Assembly: GCA_964384375.1 (NCBI GenBank)
Contig: CAYLLN010000002.1
Span: forward strand, 59,248 to 123,247
DNA length: 64,000 bases
DNA from: an uncultured Pirellulaceae bacterium
Lineage (GTDB): Bacteria; Planctomycetota; Planctomycetia; Pirellulales; Pirellulaceae
Direction: 5' to 3'
Of this stretch, positions 63,980 to 64,000 are shown piece after piece. The position numbers and the translations under genes are program-made. Each line of letters begins with the position of its first letter. Positions within the stretch are counted from its first letter, which is position 1. The notes beneath the pieces are model-generated. The model saw only the letters and a program-made list of their open reading frames with translations. It was not told where the DNA came from and did no database searches.

Positions 63980-64000
63980 TGATGCCTTTGTTCCTCGCTT

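Noticed and set aside
1-64000. Search by eye for tRNA/rRNA/tmRNA signatures (e.g. GGTTCGAATCC T-loops), integrases and transposases
   Set aside because: None recognised. A tRNAscan/Infernal run would be needed to be definitive.

Overview
High-GC, densely coding 64-kb chromosomal segment with about 56 protein genes on both strands. I recognised no rRNA, tRNA, CRISPR array, transposase or integrase by eye. The lineage is probably Planctomycetota, Pirellulales-like (inference). Three things point that way: the dispersed repeat families (heptad word repeats such as GGGTTCA and GAAATCT, GCGACCAnTGGTCGC palindromes, CGCAAAGGCGCAAAG-type hairpins, TAGCCCGACGCGT...ACGCGTCGGGCTA), a PVC-type heme-binding CxxCH protein, and several prepilin-type proteins. 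The outstanding feature is a ~17-kb minus-strand operon (3629-20448). It runs in the classical T2SS order E-F-G-H-I-J-K but contains two GspE/PilB ATPases plus a PilT retraction ATPase and a GspF with an extra two-helix insertion. Its four pseudopilins are about 2-3x normal size. It ends in an 1832-aa protein with GspK hallmarks (Glu5-less N-terminal helix, DFRDSD and ININT motifs). No secretin, GspC/L/M, PilMNOP or prepilin peptidase gene is present in the window. The remaining genes are mostly ordinary metabolism: pntAA-AB-B transhydrogenase, lipB-lipA, mgsA, threonine aldolase, a GH2/2-hydroxyacid dehydrogenase/HpcH aldolase block, SDRs, glycosyltransferases, an SSS transporter and small cytochromes c. 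Secondary oddities: REP/MITE-like elements inserted in frame into three enzymes; identical word-repeat modules directly abutting start codons of unrelated genes; a ParE-type toxin interrupted by an in-frame TAG; a stand-alone lipoyl-like domain lacking the lipoyl lysine; and a rare-codon, low-GC patch in one ATPase paralog. All coordinates of short elements were hand-indexed and may be off by 1-2 nt.
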